Shown piece by piece: positions 44,240-55,543 of a DNA stretch of 64,000 nucleotides. Where the stretch lies: NCBI GenBank assembly GCA_041694815.1, contig JBGFSC010000007.1, positions 64,138 through 128,137 on the forward strand. The letters are read 5' to 3'. The DNA is from Elusimicrobiota bacterium. Its GTDB lineage: Bacteria > Elusimicrobiota > Elusimicrobia > UBA1565 > JACRDR01. Both the position numbers and the translations under genes were made by a program. A model generated the notes under the pieces. The model saw only the letters and a program-made list of their open reading frames with translations, was not told where the DNA came from and searched no databases. Position 1 is the first letter of the stretch. Each line of letters begins with the position of its first letter.

Positions 44240-46094
44240 AAGGCCTCCCAGGTGACGGGGCCCGCGCCGGCGGCTGGGCGGGCCTGAGCTCCTCGATATT
44301 CGGCTCGGCCTCGGCCGGAGGAGATTCGGGCTCGGCCGGCGTGGGAGCCTCAATGCCGAAGGCGGTACGGATAATCTTGCGGGCTACCGGGCCCGCGGCC
44401 TCCGAGCCGTGGCCTCCCTGCTGGATCAATACGGAGACCGCTAGGGTCGGGGGCTCTCCTTCCTTGCCCGCGTAGGCGACGAACCAGGCGTGATCGTCGC
44501 CATGAGGGTTCTGGGCGGTGCCGGTCTTGCCGGCGATGGTCAGACCCGGGGTCTGCATCCGCACCCCGGTGCCCGAGCGCACCACCTCGAGCAGCCCCGC
44601 GTGAAGCAGGTCCCAGGTCTGGGGCTTAAGATCGATCGTACCCAATAGCTCCGCCTTCTGCCGGTACTCGGGCCGCCCGTCGGAATATTCGATCCGGTTG
44701 ACGAAATGCGGCCTCCACATCTGTCCCCGGTTAGCCACCGCCGCGACCACGACGGCCATCTGCAGGGGGGTTACGAGCATCTCCCCCTGGCCGATGGAGA
44801 GGTTGCAGGTGTCGCCGTCATGCCAGCCGGCCTTGCGCGCGCGCCGCGCCTGCGGGCCGAACATGTTGCCGCTCTTCTCGCCCGGAAGGGCGATGCGGGT
44901 CCTCTGCCCCAGGCCGAAGATCCGCCCATAACGCTCGATGAGATCCGCCCCGACGCGCAGGCCCATCTTGTAAAAATAGACGTCGCAGGAATTGGCCAAT
45001 CCCGACGTCCATTCCTGGTACTGGTGGCCTTTCTTCTGCCAGCACCGGAACACATGCTTGCCCAGCTCGAAGTAGCCGGGGCAGAAAGTTCTGTCGCCGG
45101 GGAGGACCCGATTCTCGTTGAGCATGGCCGCGCCTGAAATGATCTTAAAGGTGGAGCCGGGCTCGAAGGTGCCGGATAGTGCGAGGTTGAACTCGGGGAA
45201 TTTCGCGAGTTTCACCGTGCCCTCGGGAAGGAGGAATTGGTTCGGGTCGTAGTCGGGAATCGAGGCCAGCGCCAAGATTTCCCCGTTGCGGGGATCGAGC
45301 ACGACGGCCGCCCCGGCGCGTGAGGGCGAGGTGCGGATGGCGTCCTCGGCGGCCTTCTGGATGTTGGCGTCGAGGGTGATGTGGATGTTGCTGCCCGCGC
45401 GCCAGGGCACGTGCTCGAGCAGCCGGCGCATGCGCCCCGCCGCGTCGATCTCCATGCGGATGCCGCCGTCGATGCCTCGCAGCTCCCTTTCGAACATCTT
45501 CTCGAGACCCGCCCGGCCCACCCGGGAATCGACGCGGTATCCCCTTCCCTTGAGCTCCTTCCATTCCTTTTCGTTCATACGGGCCATGTAGCCCACCAGG
45601 TGGCTCGCGAAAGCCCCGAATGGGTAGTAGCGCCGTGCCTCGACGATCAGGTTGACTCCGGGATAGATCGTCTTGAGCTCGGAGAGCTTGAACATCCTCT
45701 GGGACGTCAAGTTCTCCGCCAGGCGGATCGCCGACTCCTCCCGCACGGCCGTGCGCAGGGTGTCGAGCAGGACGGCGGGGTCCTGTCCCAAGAGCGGGGC
45801 GAGGTCGGCCGAGAGGCCCTTCAAGTACTTTTCGTCGTCGTCCTTGCCCGGCATGTAGATCATCGAGAACGCGGCCTGGTTGGTGGCGATCAAACGGCCG
45901 TTGCGGTCGTAGATGCGGCCGCGCGGGGCGGTCTGCCGGAGCAGCTGGGTGCGGTTTCGCTCCGCCGCGAGGGTGTAGCGCACGTTATGGATCACCTGCA
46001 CCTGCAGCAGCCTGACCCCGAGTACGGCGACGGCGGCGTAGCAGCAGATCCACAGGAAATTGAGGCGCTCGTAGAGTGGGGTGCGGTTCACCAT
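44229..46094 (-). CDS. mrdA: Penicillin-binding protein 2
   Basis: APRGRIYDRNG, STFK, SCD, KTG. Confidence 0.95.
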   Translation of the reverse strand: MVNRTPLYERLNFLWICCYAAVAVLGVRLLQVQVIHNVRYTLAAERNRTQLLRQTAPRGRIYDRNGRLIATNQAAFSMIYMPGKDDDEKYLKGLSADLAPLLGQDPAVLLDTLRTAVREESAIRLAENLTSQRMFKLSELKTIYPGVNLIVEARRYYPFGAFASHLVGYMARMNEKEWKELKGRGYRVDSRVGRAGLEKMFERELRGIDGGIRMEIDAAGRMRRLLEHVPWRAGSNIHITLDANIQKAAEDAIRTSPSRAGAAVVLDPRNGEILALASIPDYDPNQFLLPEGTVKLAKFPEFNLALSGTFEPGSTFKIISGAAMLNENRVLPGDRTFCPGYFELGKHVFRCWQKKGHQYQEWTSGLANSCDVYFYKMGLRVGADLIERYGRIFGLGQRTRIALPGEKSGNMFGPQARRARKAGWHDGDTCNLSIGQGEMLVTPLQMAVVVAAVANRGQMWRPHFVNRIEYSDGRPEYRQKAELLGTIDLKPQTWDLLHAGLLEVVRSGTGVRMQTPGLTIAGKTGTAQNPHGDDHAWFVAYAGKEGEPPTLAVSVLIQQGGHGSEAAGPVARKIIRTAFGIEAPTPAEPESPPAEAEPNIEELRPAQPPARAPSPGRPYVH

Positions 46095-46573
46095 GGGCGC
46101 GCGGTGGGCCGCAGGGCCCGCTCCGCCAAGGAGAAGAGTACGGGCGCCAGCAGGCCGTTATAGACGGGGATGACGAGCAGGGCCGCCCAACCGGCCCAGA
46201 AGGCTTGGCGCTGGAAGACCAGGCCGAGCCCGGCCAGCGCGACGAAATACAGCAGCGAGAGTATGGCCGTCATAGCGGCCTGGGAGGCCGGCGTCGACAT
46301 GTCCATCTGACGGCGACCGGCGCCGACGAGGTAGGCCGTCCCGGTTAATAGCAGGGCGTTGGCGCCGAAGAGGTGCACATCGAGCGCATCTAGGAACAGC
46401 CCCCAGAAGAACCCGTAGCATTGCCCCGCCACGGGGCCGTACTGCGAGGCGACGGCCAGCGTCAGGACCAAGAGCAGCTGGGGGGCCAAGCCGTAGAAGG
46501 GCAGGTAGGTGCACCACCACCAGTGCGCCAGCAATCCCGCCAAGAAAAGGCCGACGGCGTAGAGAGCCCTCAT
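46088..46573 (-). CDS. mreD: Rod shape-determining protein MreD
   Basis: Hydrophobic, GFFWGLFLD motif, between mreC and mrdA. Confidence 0.88.
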   Translation of the reverse strand: MRALYAVGLFLAGLLAHWWWCTYLPFYGLAPQLLLVLTLAVASQYGPVAGQCYGFFWGLFLDALDVHLFGANALLLTGTAYLVGAGRRQMDMSTPASQAAMTAILSLLYFVALAGLGLVFQRQAFWAGWAALLVIPVYNGLLAPVLFSLAERALRPTARPW

Positions 46574-47394
46574 TTCGACCTCTGCCGAACCAGGATCATG
46601 ACTTCCTTCAGGACGGAAGCCTGCACGGCGGGCGTCACCTCCACGGATTGGAAGGCGAGGAATGGGTCGCTCGCGAAGACGCGCGAGATATGGCCGACGA
46701 GTATGTCGGGCGGAAAGGTCTCGCTGGTGGGCGAGGTATAGACGGCTTCGCCGATGGTGAACTGCGCCTCCTCGGGAAGGTAATTCATGCGCAGCTTCGG
46801 GTTCCCCTGGCCCTCAATCAAGCCCTCCCATTGTTTGGAGGGGATGTAGGCCGCCGCCGAGGAGAGCTCGTCGGTCAACAACAGCACCTTGGACCAACGC
46901 GGCCCGATCTCGGTGATGCGCCCCACGGCCCCAAGCGTCCCCCCCTTGAGCCCCAGTACGGGCGCGTTGAGCTCGAGCCCGTCCTTTTCGCCGGCATCGA
47001 CGAGGAGGAAGCGGAACCAGTTAGGGGACTCGCGCTTAACCACCCTCGCCCAGAGGAGCAGCCGGCCCTGGCCGGGCTTGATCCCCAGCTCGCCGCGCAG
47101 GCGTTCGTTCTCGCGGCGCAGGCTCTCGGCCTCGGCCTTGAGCAACGCCGCGTTCTTGAGCTCCTCGCGCAGCTCGCGGTTCTCGATGTCGGCCAGGATC
47201 AAGTGCCGGATGCTTGATGGGATGCGGGAGAAGCGCTCGGCGGCGCGCGACCCATGGAAGGGGATCGGGTTGAACAGGTAGGAGAGCCCGGCCTTGAACG
47301 ACTGCACCAGCGGCGACATGGGCAGGCAGAGCAGGGTCAACGACACGGCGCTGAAGAAAACCAACAGGTAATTAGCGATGCGCTTTCCGCCCAT
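46570..47394 (-). CDS. mreC: Rod shape-determining protein MreC
   Basis: LRRENERLR coiled coil, SKVLLLTD, FPPDILVG. Confidence 0.92.
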   Translation of the reverse strand: MGGKRIANYLLVFFSAVSLTLLCLPMSPLVQSFKAGLSYLFNPIPFHGSRAAERFSRIPSSIRHLILADIENRELREELKNAALLKAEAESLRRENERLRGELGIKPGQGRLLLWARVVKRESPNWFRFLLVDAGEKDGLELNAPVLGLKGGTLGAVGRITEIGPRWSKVLLLTDELSSAAAYIPSKQWEGLIEGQGNPKLRMNYLPEEAQFTIGEAVYTSPTSETFPPDILVGHISRVFASDPFLAFQSVEVTPAVQASVLKEVMILVRQRSK

Positions 47395-47429
47395 AAGGGA
47401 CGAGAGAGACGAATGCGTCTCGTTTCTGG

Positions 47430-48485
47430 CTAGCGCGAAGTGCCGTAGCGGTACGACGTCACGAAGTCCGGGCGCCGGTGCCGGATCTGCTCGAGTTCCT
47501 CCAGGAACTTCCCGGTGCCCATCGCTACGCAGCTCAAGGGATCGGCCGAGCGGTGCACGGGGAGCTCGGTCTCTTGCCGGATCAAATCCGGCAAGCCCCG
47601 CAGCAGGGTTCCCCCGCCCGCCAGCACCATCCCACGATCCACCAAATCCGCAGCCAATTCCGCCGGCGTCTCCTCCAGCGTGTTTTTGATCACATCCAGG
47701 ATGAGCTGCACCGGCTCCATGAGCGCCTGGCGCACCTCTTCCGAGGTGATGAGAACGGTCTTAGGAAGGCCGGTGGCCTGATCCCGGCCCTTCACTTCCA
47801 TCGTCTTCTCCTCCTTGAGGGGGAAGACGGAACCGATCTGTATCTTGACGTCCTCGGCGGTTGTCTCGCCGATGAGTAGGTTGTATTTCCTCCGGAAATG
47901 CTGCATGATCGCGTCGTCCATCTCGTCGCCGGCGATGTCGATGGACTTCGACACCACCATCCCGCCCAGGGAGATCACGGCGACCTCGGTCGTCCCGCCG
48001 CCGATATCGACGATCATGTTGCCGTGCGCCTCGGAAATGGGCATGTCGGCCCCGATGGCCGCCGCCATGGGCTCCTCGATGAGGTAGACCTCGCGCGCCC
48101 CGGCCTGCTCGGCCGACTCTTGGACGGCGCGGCGCTCGACCTCGGTGATGCCGGAGGGGATGCCGATAACGATCCGGGGGTGCAGCAGGCTCCTGCGGTT
48201 GTGCACCTTGCGGATGAAGTACTTAATCATCTCCTGCGTCACCTCAAAATCCGCGATGACGCCGTTGCGCAGCGGGCGCACGGCCACGATAGAGGCCGGC
48301 GTGCGGCCCAGCATCCTCTTCGCCTCGGCCCCGATGGCCAGCACGCGCCGCGTCTCCCGATCGATGGCGACCACCGAGGGCTCGCGCAGCACGATACCGT
48401 GATTCTTCACATAGACCAGGGTATTGGCCGTGCCCAGGTCGATGCCCATGTCGTTGGAGAAGAGGCTGAAGAGGTAGTCGAACAT
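47430..48485 (-). CDS. mreB: Actin-like MreB
   Basis: [27 protein letters not shown]. Confidence 0.98.
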   Translation of the reverse strand: MFDYLFSLFSNDMGIDLGTANTLVYVKNHGIVLREPSVVAIDRETRRVLAIGAEAKRMLGRTPASIVAVRPLRNGVIADFEVTQEMIKYFIRKVHNRRSLLHPRIVIGIPSGITEVERRAVQESAEQAGAREVYLIEEPMAAAIGADMPISEAHGNMIVDIGGGTTEVAVISLGGMVVSKSIDIAGDEMDDAIMQHFRRKYNLLIGETTAEDVKIQIGSVFPLKEEKTMEVKGRDQATGLPKTVLITSEEVRQALMEPVQLILDVIKNTLEETPAELAADLVDRGMVLAGGGTLLRGLPDLIRQETELPVHRSADPLSCVAMGTGKFLEELEQIRHRRPDFVTSYRYGTSR

Positions 48486-48829
48486 TACGATACCAGGCGC
48501 ACCAACCCGAGCTCGGAATTGTCCCCGGCGCGCGTTTTCGTGCGCAGCACCTGCGTGTAGCCACCGGGGCGGCTCGAGTAGCGCGGCACGATCACGTCGA
48601 AGAGCTTCTTGTAGACGAGCTTGTTGCGTACGTGCCGGCGCACCTGCTGGTGCTTGCCGTTCTTGGCCTGGGTGATGATGCGCTCCGCGAAAGGTCGGAG
48701 CTCCTTGGCTTTGGCGATGGTCGTTTCCACGCGTTCGTGCAGGAAAAGGCTCGTGGCAAGGTTGGACAAGAGCGCACGGCGGTGCGGGCCGGTCCTGCCC
48801 AGCTTGCGTCCTCCGTAATGTTTTATCAT
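48485..48829 (-). CDS. rplQ: 50S ribosomal protein L17
   Basis: RKLGRT..HRRAL, TT..KAKELR, RPGGYT. Confidence 0.97.
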   Translation of the reverse strand: MIKHYGGRKLGRTGPHRRALLSNLATSLFLHERVETTIAKAKELRPFAERIITQAKNGKHQQVRRHVRNKLVYKKLFDVIVPRYSSRPGGYTQVLRTKTRAGDNSELGLVRLVS

Positions 48830-48852
48830 TTTTTACCTCGAAATCCTCGCGC

Positions 48853-49851
48853 TTAGACTTGCATCCCCAAGGAGAGGCCCATATCCTTGAGCCGGTCCTT
48901 GATCTCGTCGAGGGACTTCTTGCCGAAGTTCTTGACGGCCATGAGCTCCTCGGACTTCTTCGTGACCAGGTCGCGGATGGTCTTGATCCGCGCCACCTTG
49001 AGGCAGTTGGACGCGCGCGAGGAGAGCTCGATCATCTCGACCGGCTGGTTGAGCAGGTCGCGCAGCTTGGCGTCTAGGGCGACGCCGCCCTCCGCGCCGC
49101 CGACCTCCCCTCCCGCGGAGAAGTCCCCGTCGGCGGGCGCCGACGCGGCCAGCTCGCTCTCCGGGATGAAGATGTTGAGCGACTCGCGAAGAAGCTTGGC
49201 GGCCTTGATCAAGGCGTCGGCCGGGGTGATCGAGCCGTCCGTCCATATCTCAAGGATGAGGCGGTCGTAGTCGGTGATCTGACCCACCCGGGCGTTTTCG
49301 ACGTCGTAGTGCACCTTGACCACCGGCGAGAACAGGGCGTCGACGGGAAGGAACCCAGCCGGCCAATGGGCTTGGGCCCGGAGCTCCTCGGCCGGGATAT
49401 AGCCGCGGCCCTTAGAGATCTCCAGCTCCATCTCCAGCTTCCCGCCCGCCTCCAGATGCGCCAGCACCAGATCGGGGTTGACGATCTCGACGTTGGAGTT
49501 GACTTGGATGCTCTTGGCCGTCACCGGGCCTTCCTTCTTGACGCTCAGGTAGACCGTCTCCGGCCCGTTCGAGAAGATCTTCATACGCAGCTTCTTCAAG
49601 TTGAGCAGGATGGTGATGACGTCCTCGCGCACGCCGGTGATGGTCCCGTACTCGTGTCGGGCTCCCTCGATGCGCACGGCGGTGACCGCCGCTCCCTCCA
49701 GGCTCGAGAGCAGCACGCGGCGGAAGGAATTGCCGATGGTGTGCCCGTAGCCGCGCTCGTAGGGCTCCGCCACGAACTTGGCGTAGCTCTCCGTCATCGT
49801 CTTGTCGTCTACGTGGAGCTTCTGGGGCAGGATCAGTTCTTTATATGCCAT
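48853..49851 (-). CDS. rpoA: RNA polymerase alpha subunit
   Basis: [23 protein letters not shown] 49851 after GGAGG. Confidence 0.98.
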   Translation of the reverse strand: MAYKELILPQKLHVDDKTMTESYAKFVAEPYERGYGHTIGNSFRRVLLSSLEGAAVTAVRIEGARHEYGTITGVREDVITILLNLKKLRMKIFSNGPETVYLSVKKEGPVTAKSIQVNSNVEIVNPDLVLAHLEAGGKLEMELEISKGRGYIPAEELRAQAHWPAGFLPVDALFSPVVKVHYDVENARVGQITDYDRLILEIWTDGSITPADALIKAAKLLRESLNIFIPESELAASAPADGDFSAGGEVGGAEGGVALDAKLRDLLNQPVEMIELSSRASNCLKVARIKTIRDLVTKKSEELMAVKNFGKKSLDEIKDRLKDMGLSLGMQV

Positions 49852-49859
49852 GGGGCCTC

Positions 49860-50486
49860 CTACTTCGAGTAATATTCGACGATCAGTTGCTCGGTCACCG
49901 GGAAGGAGACCTCCTCGCGGGAGGGCTCCCGGAGCACCTTGGCGCTGAGCTCGGCCTCGTTGAATTCGAGAAACGAGGGCCTCAGCGACTTGCGGCTGGC
50001 CGTGTCGAGGCTGAGCTTGACGTTGACGTTCTCGCGCAGCTTCAAGTCGACGGAGATCTTGTCTCCCGGCTTGACCTCGTAGGACGGGATGTTGACCGGC
50101 TCGCCGTTGACGCGGACATGCCCGTGCAGGACGAGCTGGCGGGCGTACTTGATGCTGGTCGCCACCCCCATGCGGCGGACGATGTTGTCGAGCCGGCATT
50201 CCAGATAGCGCAGGAGCTCCTCGCCCGTCTTGCCGGTCGCCTTCGAGGCGCGCGCCACGAGATGCTGGAGGGGCCTCTCGGTCATGAGGGCCATGCGGCG
50301 TAGCTTTTGCTTCTCGCGCAGCCGGATGGCGTATTCCGAGGGTTTGCCCCTCTGCGGCTTGGCCATGCCGGGAGTCGTCGGACGCTTCTCCAGCGTGCAC
50401 TTGGTGATGCATTTGTCGCCTTTGAGGAAAAGCTTGACCTGCTCCCTCCGGCAAAGCCTGCAGACGGGTCCTATGTGTCGTGCCAT
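49860..50486 (-). CDS. rpsD: 30S ribosomal protein S4
   Basis: CRLCRRE, LREKQK, RLDN, LIVEYYSK. Confidence 0.98.
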   Translation of the reverse strand: MARHIGPVCRLCRREQVKLFLKGDKCITKCTLEKRPTTPGMAKPQRGKPSEYAIRLREKQKLRRMALMTERPLQHLVARASKATGKTGEELLRYLECRLDNIVRRMGVATSIKYARQLVLHGHVRVNGEPVNIPSYEVKPGDKISVDLKLRENVNVKLSLDTASRKSLRPSFLEFNEAELSAKVLREPSREEVSFPVTEQLIVEYYSK

Positions 50487-50490
50487 GCGA

Positions 50491-50946
50491 TTATACTCTC
50501 CTGGGTTTTGGGGGGCGGCAGCCGTTGTGCGGAAGCGGCGTGACGTCCTTGATGCTTAAGATGTGCAGGCCCACGGTCTGCAAGGCGCGGATCGCGGTCT
50601 CGCGTCCAGGCCCCGGGCCGTTAATGAAGACGGCGACCTGCTTGACGCCGAGCTCCACGGCCCGGCGGCCGACCTTGCTGGCGGTCATCTGAGCCGCGAA
50701 AGGCGTGCCCTTGCGGGTGCCCTTGAAACCCGAGGCCCCGGCCGAAGCCCAGGCCAAGGTGTCGCCGCGCTCGTCGGTGATGGTCACGATCGTGTTATTG
50801 AAAGACGACTGGATGAAGACCTTGGCGAAGGTCACCGATTTCCAATTCTTCTTTCCCCCACGCGGCTGCGCGCCGCGCTGGGGCTGCTGTGTAGCGCCCG
50901 CGGCGGGGCGCTCCGGGTTGCTGGGGGGCTGCTTTTCGTCTGCCAT
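50491..50946 (-). CDS. rpsK: 30S ribosomal protein S11
   Basis: [26 protein letters not shown]. Confidence 0.98.
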   Translation of the reverse strand: MADEKQPPSNPERPAAGATQQPQRGAQPRGGKKNWKSVTFAKVFIQSSFNNTIVTITDERGDTLAWASAGASGFKGTRKGTPFAAQMTASKVGRRAVELGVKQVAVFINGPGPGRETAIRALQTVGLHILSIKDVTPLPHNGCRPPKPRRV

Positions 50947-50959
50947 GTGTTCCGTCCTC

Positions 50960-51385
50960 CTACTTCGCCGCCGGCTTGGGCGCCGCCGCGGGCTTGGCCG
51001 CGGGAGCCGAGGGCGCCTTGCCGGACCCGACCGTCTTGCGCCGTCCGCGGCGCGTGCGTGCGTTGGTGCGCGTGCGTTGCCCGCGCACGGGAAGGTTCCG
51101 GCGGTGCCGCACGCCCCTCCAGGACCCGATCTCGATGTAGCGATGGATGTTCTGCTGCAGCTGCCGCCGCAGTTCGCCTTCCACCTTGTAGTCCTTAGTA
51201 AGGATCGAGTTGATAAGACCGACCTGGCTCTCGGTCAGGTCCTTGACCCGGGTCGACGGGTCCACCGACCCCTTGAGCTTATCGAGTATGTCTAGCGAGG
51301 TCTTGCGGCCGATCCCGTAGAGATAGCCCAAGGCGATATCGATCCTCTTATTCTTCGGCAAATCCACTCCCGCGACGCGTGCCAT
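50960..51385 (-). CDS. rpsM: 30S ribosomal protein S13
   Basis: [25 protein letters not shown]. Confidence 0.98.
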   Translation of the reverse strand: MARVAGVDLPKNKRIDIALGYLYGIGRKTSLDILDKLKGSVDPSTRVKDLTESQVGLINSILTKDYKVEGELRRQLQQNIHRYIEIGSWRGVRHRRNLPVRGQRTRTNARTRRGRRKTVGSGKAPSAPAAKPAAAPKPAAK

Positions 51386-51393
51386 CTGACCCC

Positions 51394-51507
51394 CTATCCT
51401 TGGCGCTGCTTATGGCGGGGATTGGAACACAGCACCCGCACCACGCCCGCGCGCTTGATGATCTTGCACTTCTGGCAAATCGGCTTGACGCTGGCTCTCA
51501 CTTTCAT
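51394..51507 (-). CDS. rpmJ: 50S ribosomal protein L36 (zinc-binding form; not in ORF track)
   Basis: [37 protein letters not shown]. Confidence 0.97.
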   Translation of the reverse strand: MKVRASVKPICQKCKIIKRAGVVRVLCSNPRHKQRQG

Positions 51508-51509
51508 GC

Positions 51510-51728
51510 CTATTTCTCCCTATAAACGATGCGCCCGCGGCTCAGGTCATAAGGCGAGAGCTCGAGCTTGACCTTGTCGCCCGGCAATATCTTGATGTAA
51601 TGCATGCGCATCTTGCCCGAGATGTGCGCCAGGACCACCTTGTCGCCCGGGATCTGCACCCGGAACATCGCGTTGGGCAGGGCCTCGAGTATGCTGCCTT
51701 CGACTTCGATCTTGTCTTCCTTCCCCAT
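51510..51728 (-). CDS. infA: Translation initiation factor IF-1
   Basis: [21 protein letters not shown]. Confidence 0.98.
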   Translation of the reverse strand: MGKEDKIEVEGSILEALPNAMFRVQIPGDKVVLAHISGKMRMHYIKILPGDKVKLELSPYDLSRGRIVYREK

Positions 51729-52496
51729 TTATCCCCTGGCCGTGAGCACCTGCGGCCCGTCCTTCGTCACGGCGATCGTGTGCTCGAAATGCGCCGACCA
51801 TGTCCCGTCGGCGGTCACGGCGGTCCAACCATCGTCCAATATCCGGACATCGGGGGCCCCGATGTTGACCATCGGCTCGACGGCGAGCACCATGCCCTCG
51901 GCCAGACGCAGGCCCGTGCCCGGCTTGCCATAATTGGGCACCGGCGGGTCCTCGTGCAGCGCGCGGCCGATGCCGTGGCCCACGAAAGAGCGCACGACCG
52001 AATAGCCCTTCGACTCGACGTGCCGCTGCACGGCGGCGCCGACGTCCCCCATCCGCTTATCCGGCCACATCTGATCGATGCCTTTCTCCAACGCCTCCCG
52101 CGTGGCCGCCAAAAGGCTCTCGGCCTCCGCCGAGACATTCCCCACCGGGACGGTGAGCGCGGAATCGGCGTAATAGCCCCTCCATACGACGCCAAAGTCG
52201 AGGCTGACCAGATCCCCGGCCTTAAGCTTCTTGCCCTTATTCGGGATCCCGTGCACGACCTCCTCATTGACCGAAACACACAAAGACGCGGGAAAGCCGC
52301 GGTAGTTCAGAAAGGCCGGCTTGGCCCCGCGCCGCTTGATCTCCGAGGCGGCGATGCGGTCGAGCTCCCAGGTGCTCACGCCCTCTTGGGTGGCCGCCGC
52401 GACCATGTCCAGGATGGCGGCGACGATGATCCCGGCCTCGCGCATGAAGCCGATCTCCTGGGGGCTTTTGAGCTCAACGGTCGCCACGGGACTCAT
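51729..52496 (-). CDS. map: Type I methionine aminopeptidase
   Basis: CVSVNEEVVHGIP, GHGIG..LHE, SAHFEHT. Confidence 0.97.
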   Translation of the reverse strand: MSPVATVELKSPQEIGFMREAGIIVAAILDMVAAATQEGVSTWELDRIAASEIKRRGAKPAFLNYRGFPASLCVSVNEEVVHGIPNKGKKLKAGDLVSLDFGVVWRGYYADSALTVPVGNVSAEAESLLAATREALEKGIDQMWPDKRMGDVGAAVQRHVESKGYSVVRSFVGHGIGRALHEDPPVPNYGKPGTGLRLAEGMVLAVEPMVNIGAPDVRILDDGWTAVTADGTWSAHFEHTIAVTKDGPQVLTARG

Positions 52497-53149
52497 TTCG
52501 CCTTGACCGCCGATTGGTCGATGATCGAGACGAGGGCCTCGGTGACCTTTTCCGTGGGTTGGTTCCCGTCGACCTCGAAAAAAGACTGTTCGGCCTTGTA
52601 GTAGGCCACCAGGGGCCTCGTTAAGTCCTCGTAGACCATCAGGCGTTTGCGCACCGTGGCCTCTGAATCGTCCTCGCGCTGGATAAGCTCGCCGGAACAT
52701 TTGTCGCATTTGCCCTCGACGGCCGGTGGGCGCGTTACTATGTTGAAGAGCTCGCCGCAGGTCTTACAACTACGCCGGGAGGTGAGCCTCTCGACGACGG
52801 CCTTTTCGTCCATGTTGAGATAGAGCACGAGGTCGATCGCGGAGCCCGATTTACGCAGGTATTTGTCCAAGGCCTGGGCCTGCTCGAGCGTACGGGGGAA
52901 GCCGTCAAGCAGCCAGCCGGACGGACTGGCGTCAAGCTTGGAGGCGACGAGTTCCACTACCACGGGATCGGGGACCAAGGTGCCGCTCTTGAGATACCCC
53001 TCCACTTTTTGGCCGAGCTCGCTCTTGGCGGCGATCTCGGCGCGGAAGAGGTCACCCGTCGCGATATGGACGACACTGTAGCGGGCCGACAACAGCTTGG
53101 ACTGGGTCCCTTTCCCCGCGCCCGGGCATCCTAATAGGACGATTCTCAT
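52493..53149 (-). CDS. adk: Adenylate kinase (zinc LID)
   Basis: GCPGAGKGTQ, LDGFPRT, CKTC...CDKC. Confidence 0.97.
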   Translation of the reverse strand: MRIVLLGCPGAGKGTQSKLLSARYSVVHIATGDLFRAEIAAKSELGQKVEGYLKSGTLVPDPVVVELVASKLDASPSGWLLDGFPRTLEQAQALDKYLRKSGSAIDLVLYLNMDEKAVVERLTSRRSCKTCGELFNIVTRPPAVEGKCDKCSGELIQREDDSEATVRKRLMVYEDLTRPLVAYYKAEQSFFEVDGNQPTEKVTEALVSIIDQSAVKAK

Positions 53150-54483
53150 GAGCTAGCCCCCACGTTGAACCAGCGCTGCTTGATGCGGCCCTTCTTGAGG
53201 AAGCCTTCATAATGGCGCATGATCAGGTGGGCCTCCAATTGGCCCATCGTGTCAAGCGCGACGCCGACGGTGATCAGCAGGGCGGTCCCGCCGAGGTAAA
53301 AGGGGGCGTTGAAGACGTTCTGGAGATAATCGGGCAGGACCGAGATAGCCGCCACGAACAGCGCTCCCCCGAGGGTGATGCGCTCCAATATCCACTCGAT
53401 ATGCTTGGCCGTGGGCTCGCCGGGGCGTATGCCCGGGATGAATCCTCCCGACTTTTTCATGTTCTCGGCCAAGTCGATGGGGTTGATGCTCACCGAGTTG
53501 TAGAAGTAGCAGAAGAAGACGATCAGCCCCGCGTAGAGCGCCTGGTAGACCCAGGAGCCGCGGTTGAGGAAATCCGTCACCCGCTGGGCCCAAGGGGCTT
53601 CCGGCGAGAACTGGATCACGGTATAGGGCACCAGGAGCAGGCTCGAAGCGAAGATCACGGCGATGACGCCGGACTGGTCCACCTTGAGAGGCAAAAAGCT
53701 CGAAGCCCCACCGTACATCTTGCGCCCGACCATGCGCTTGGCGTATTGAACGGGGATCTTGCGCTGGGCCGTCTCGACTTCGACCACCGAGAGAATGATG
53801 CCGACCGCGATCACCAGTAGCAGCAGCGCCTTAAGGAGACTGACCTCCTCGGCCTGCACCAGCTGGATCAGATTTAAGGCGGCGCTGGGGATGCGCTCGA
53901 CAATGCCCGCGAAGATGATGAGCGAGATGCCGTTGCCGATCCCCTGCTCGGTCATCTGCTCGCCGAGCCACATGATGAAGATTGTGCCCGCGGTCAGGGT
54001 CAGCACGGTCACGAAATAGAACCACGGGCTGGGATCGAGCACCACGGGAAGGTTGCCCGGGGTGGGGGTCTTGGCGATCATCATGGTCAGCCCGAAGGAT
54101 TGGAAGGCGGCCAAGAGCAGGGTCAGGTAGCGTGTCAACTGGTTGAGCTTGCGCCGTCCCAGCTCGCCCTCCTTGTGCAGACGGTCCAAGTAGGGCAACA
54201 CGTGAGCGCCCTGCAGGAGGCTGAGGATGATCGAGGCATTGATGTAAGGCATCACGCCCATCGAGAATATCGAGAAGCGTCCTAAGGCGCCGCCCGAGAA
54301 TATGTTCAAGAAGCCCAGGAGGCTGTTGGCCTGCGCCTGGAAGATCGAGCGCAGGGCTTCCCCGTTGATCCCGGGGATCGGGATCGCGGCGCCGACGCGG
54401 TAGACCGCCAAGGCGCCCAGGGTATAGAGGACGCGCCGTCGAAGGTCGGGGACTTCGAAAAGGTCGCCGAAGGATCGGATCAC
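53146..54483 (-). CDS. secY: Preprotein translocase SecY
   Basis: GVMPYINASII, GIGNGISLIIF, FIPGIRPG. Confidence 0.98.
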   Translation of the reverse strand: MIRSFGDLFEVPDLRRRVLYTLGALAVYRVGAAIPIPGINGEALRSIFQAQANSLLGFLNIFSGGALGRFSIFSMGVMPYINASIILSLLQGAHVLPYLDRLHKEGELGRRKLNQLTRYLTLLLAAFQSFGLTMMIAKTPTPGNLPVVLDPSPWFYFVTVLTLTAGTIFIMWLGEQMTEQGIGNGISLIIFAGIVERIPSAALNLIQLVQAEEVSLLKALLLLVIAVGIILSVVEVETAQRKIPVQYAKRMVGRKMYGGASSFLPLKVDQSGVIAVIFASSLLLVPYTVIQFSPEAPWAQRVTDFLNRGSWVYQALYAGLIVFFCYFYNSVSINPIDLAENMKKSGGFIPGIRPGEPTAKHIEWILERITLGGALFVAAISVLPDYLQNVFNAPFYLGGTALLITVGVALDTMGQLEAHLIMRHYEGFLKKGRIKQRWFNVGASS

Positions 54484-54956
54484 GCGCGCCCGACGACCTC
54501 CGCGGTGCCGCCCGCCTTCTGGATCTTCTCGGCCGCGCTCTTGGAGAAGGCGTGGGCCTGGACCTTGAGGGGACGCGACAGCTCCCCGTCTCCCAGGACC
54601 TTCACCGAGGCATCTCCCGAGCTGAGCCCGTGCATCCGAAGCGCCTCCAGGGTGACCTCGGTTTGGTTCTTGAAGACCCGCTCGAGGTCGGAAAGGTGCA
54701 CGACCTGCACCCGCTTGCGGAAAGCCGCATTGGAGAACCCTCGCTTGGGGATGCGGCGCAACAGCGGTGTCTGCCCGCCCTCGAAACCGACGAGCTTGCC
54801 GTCCCCCGAGCGAGAACGCTGCCCCTTTTGTCCCCGAGTGGAGGTCTGGCCGTGGCCGGAGCCCTCGCCGCAGCCGAGCCTCTTGCGGCGGTGGCGCGAG
54901 CCCGGCGCGGGCTTGAGATTCTGGAGCCGGACCGTCGTATGGTTCTTGTCGTTCAT
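54480..54956 (-). CDS. rplO: 50S ribosomal protein L15
   Basis: RGQKGQRSR, GFEGGQTPL, RIPKRGF. Confidence 0.97.
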   Translation of the reverse strand: MNDKNHTTVRLQNLKPAPGSRHRRKRLGCGEGSGHGQTSTRGQKGQRSRSGDGKLVGFEGGQTPLLRRIPKRGFSNAAFRKRVQVVHLSDLERVFKNQTEVTLEALRMHGLSSGDASVKVLGDGELSRPLKVQAHAFSKSAAEKIQKAGGTAEVVGRA

Positions 54957-54958
54957 TT

Positions 54959-55534
54959 TTATTTCCCGCGGAGCTTGGCTACCGCCTCGCGCGTGCGCAA
55001 TTGCGCCAGGGCGTCGAAGGTGGCGTAGACCATGTTGAAGCAATTGGAGCTGCCGAGGCTCTTCGTGAGGATGTTCTTGACCCCGCCCGCTTCGAGCACC
55101 GCGCGCACCCCGCCACCGGCGATGACGCCCGTTCCGGGCGCCGCCGGCTTCATCCATACCTTGCCGGCCCCGTAGCGGCCTATGACCTCATGCGGGATGG
55201 TGCCATCGATGAGGGGAAAGTTAATCATGTGCTTGCGGGCGTGAGCCGATCCCTTCTGTATCGAGGGCTGCACTTCCTTGGCCTTTCCCAAGCCCGTGCC
55301 CACGCGCCCGTTCATGTCCCCGACGACGACCAAGGTCGAAAAGGAGAAGCGCTTGCCTCCCTTGACGACCTTGGCGACGCGGTTGATGGCGATGACGGTC
55401 TCCTTGAGCCCGGCGGCCTCCGCCTCGCTCTGGCGCTGGAACCTCCCGCGCGGCCGGCCTTGCGGGCCGCCCGATCGCTGGGGGGCGGTCTGCGCCGGGG
55501 GCGCGCTGGGGGCTTGGGTGGCGATATCGGACAT
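54959..55534 (-). CDS. rpsE: 30S ribosomal protein S5
   Basis: [23 protein letters not shown]. Confidence 0.98.
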   Translation of the reverse strand: MSDIATQAPSAPPAQTAPQRSGGPQGRPRGRFQRQSEAEAAGLKETVIAINRVAKVVKGGKRFSFSTLVVVGDMNGRVGTGLGKAKEVQPSIQKGSAHARKHMINFPLIDGTIPHEVIGRYGAGKVWMKPAAPGTGVIAGGGVRAVLEAGGVKNILTKSLGSSNCFNMVYATFDALAQLRTREAVAKLRGK

Positions 55535-55543
55535 GGTCTTCTC

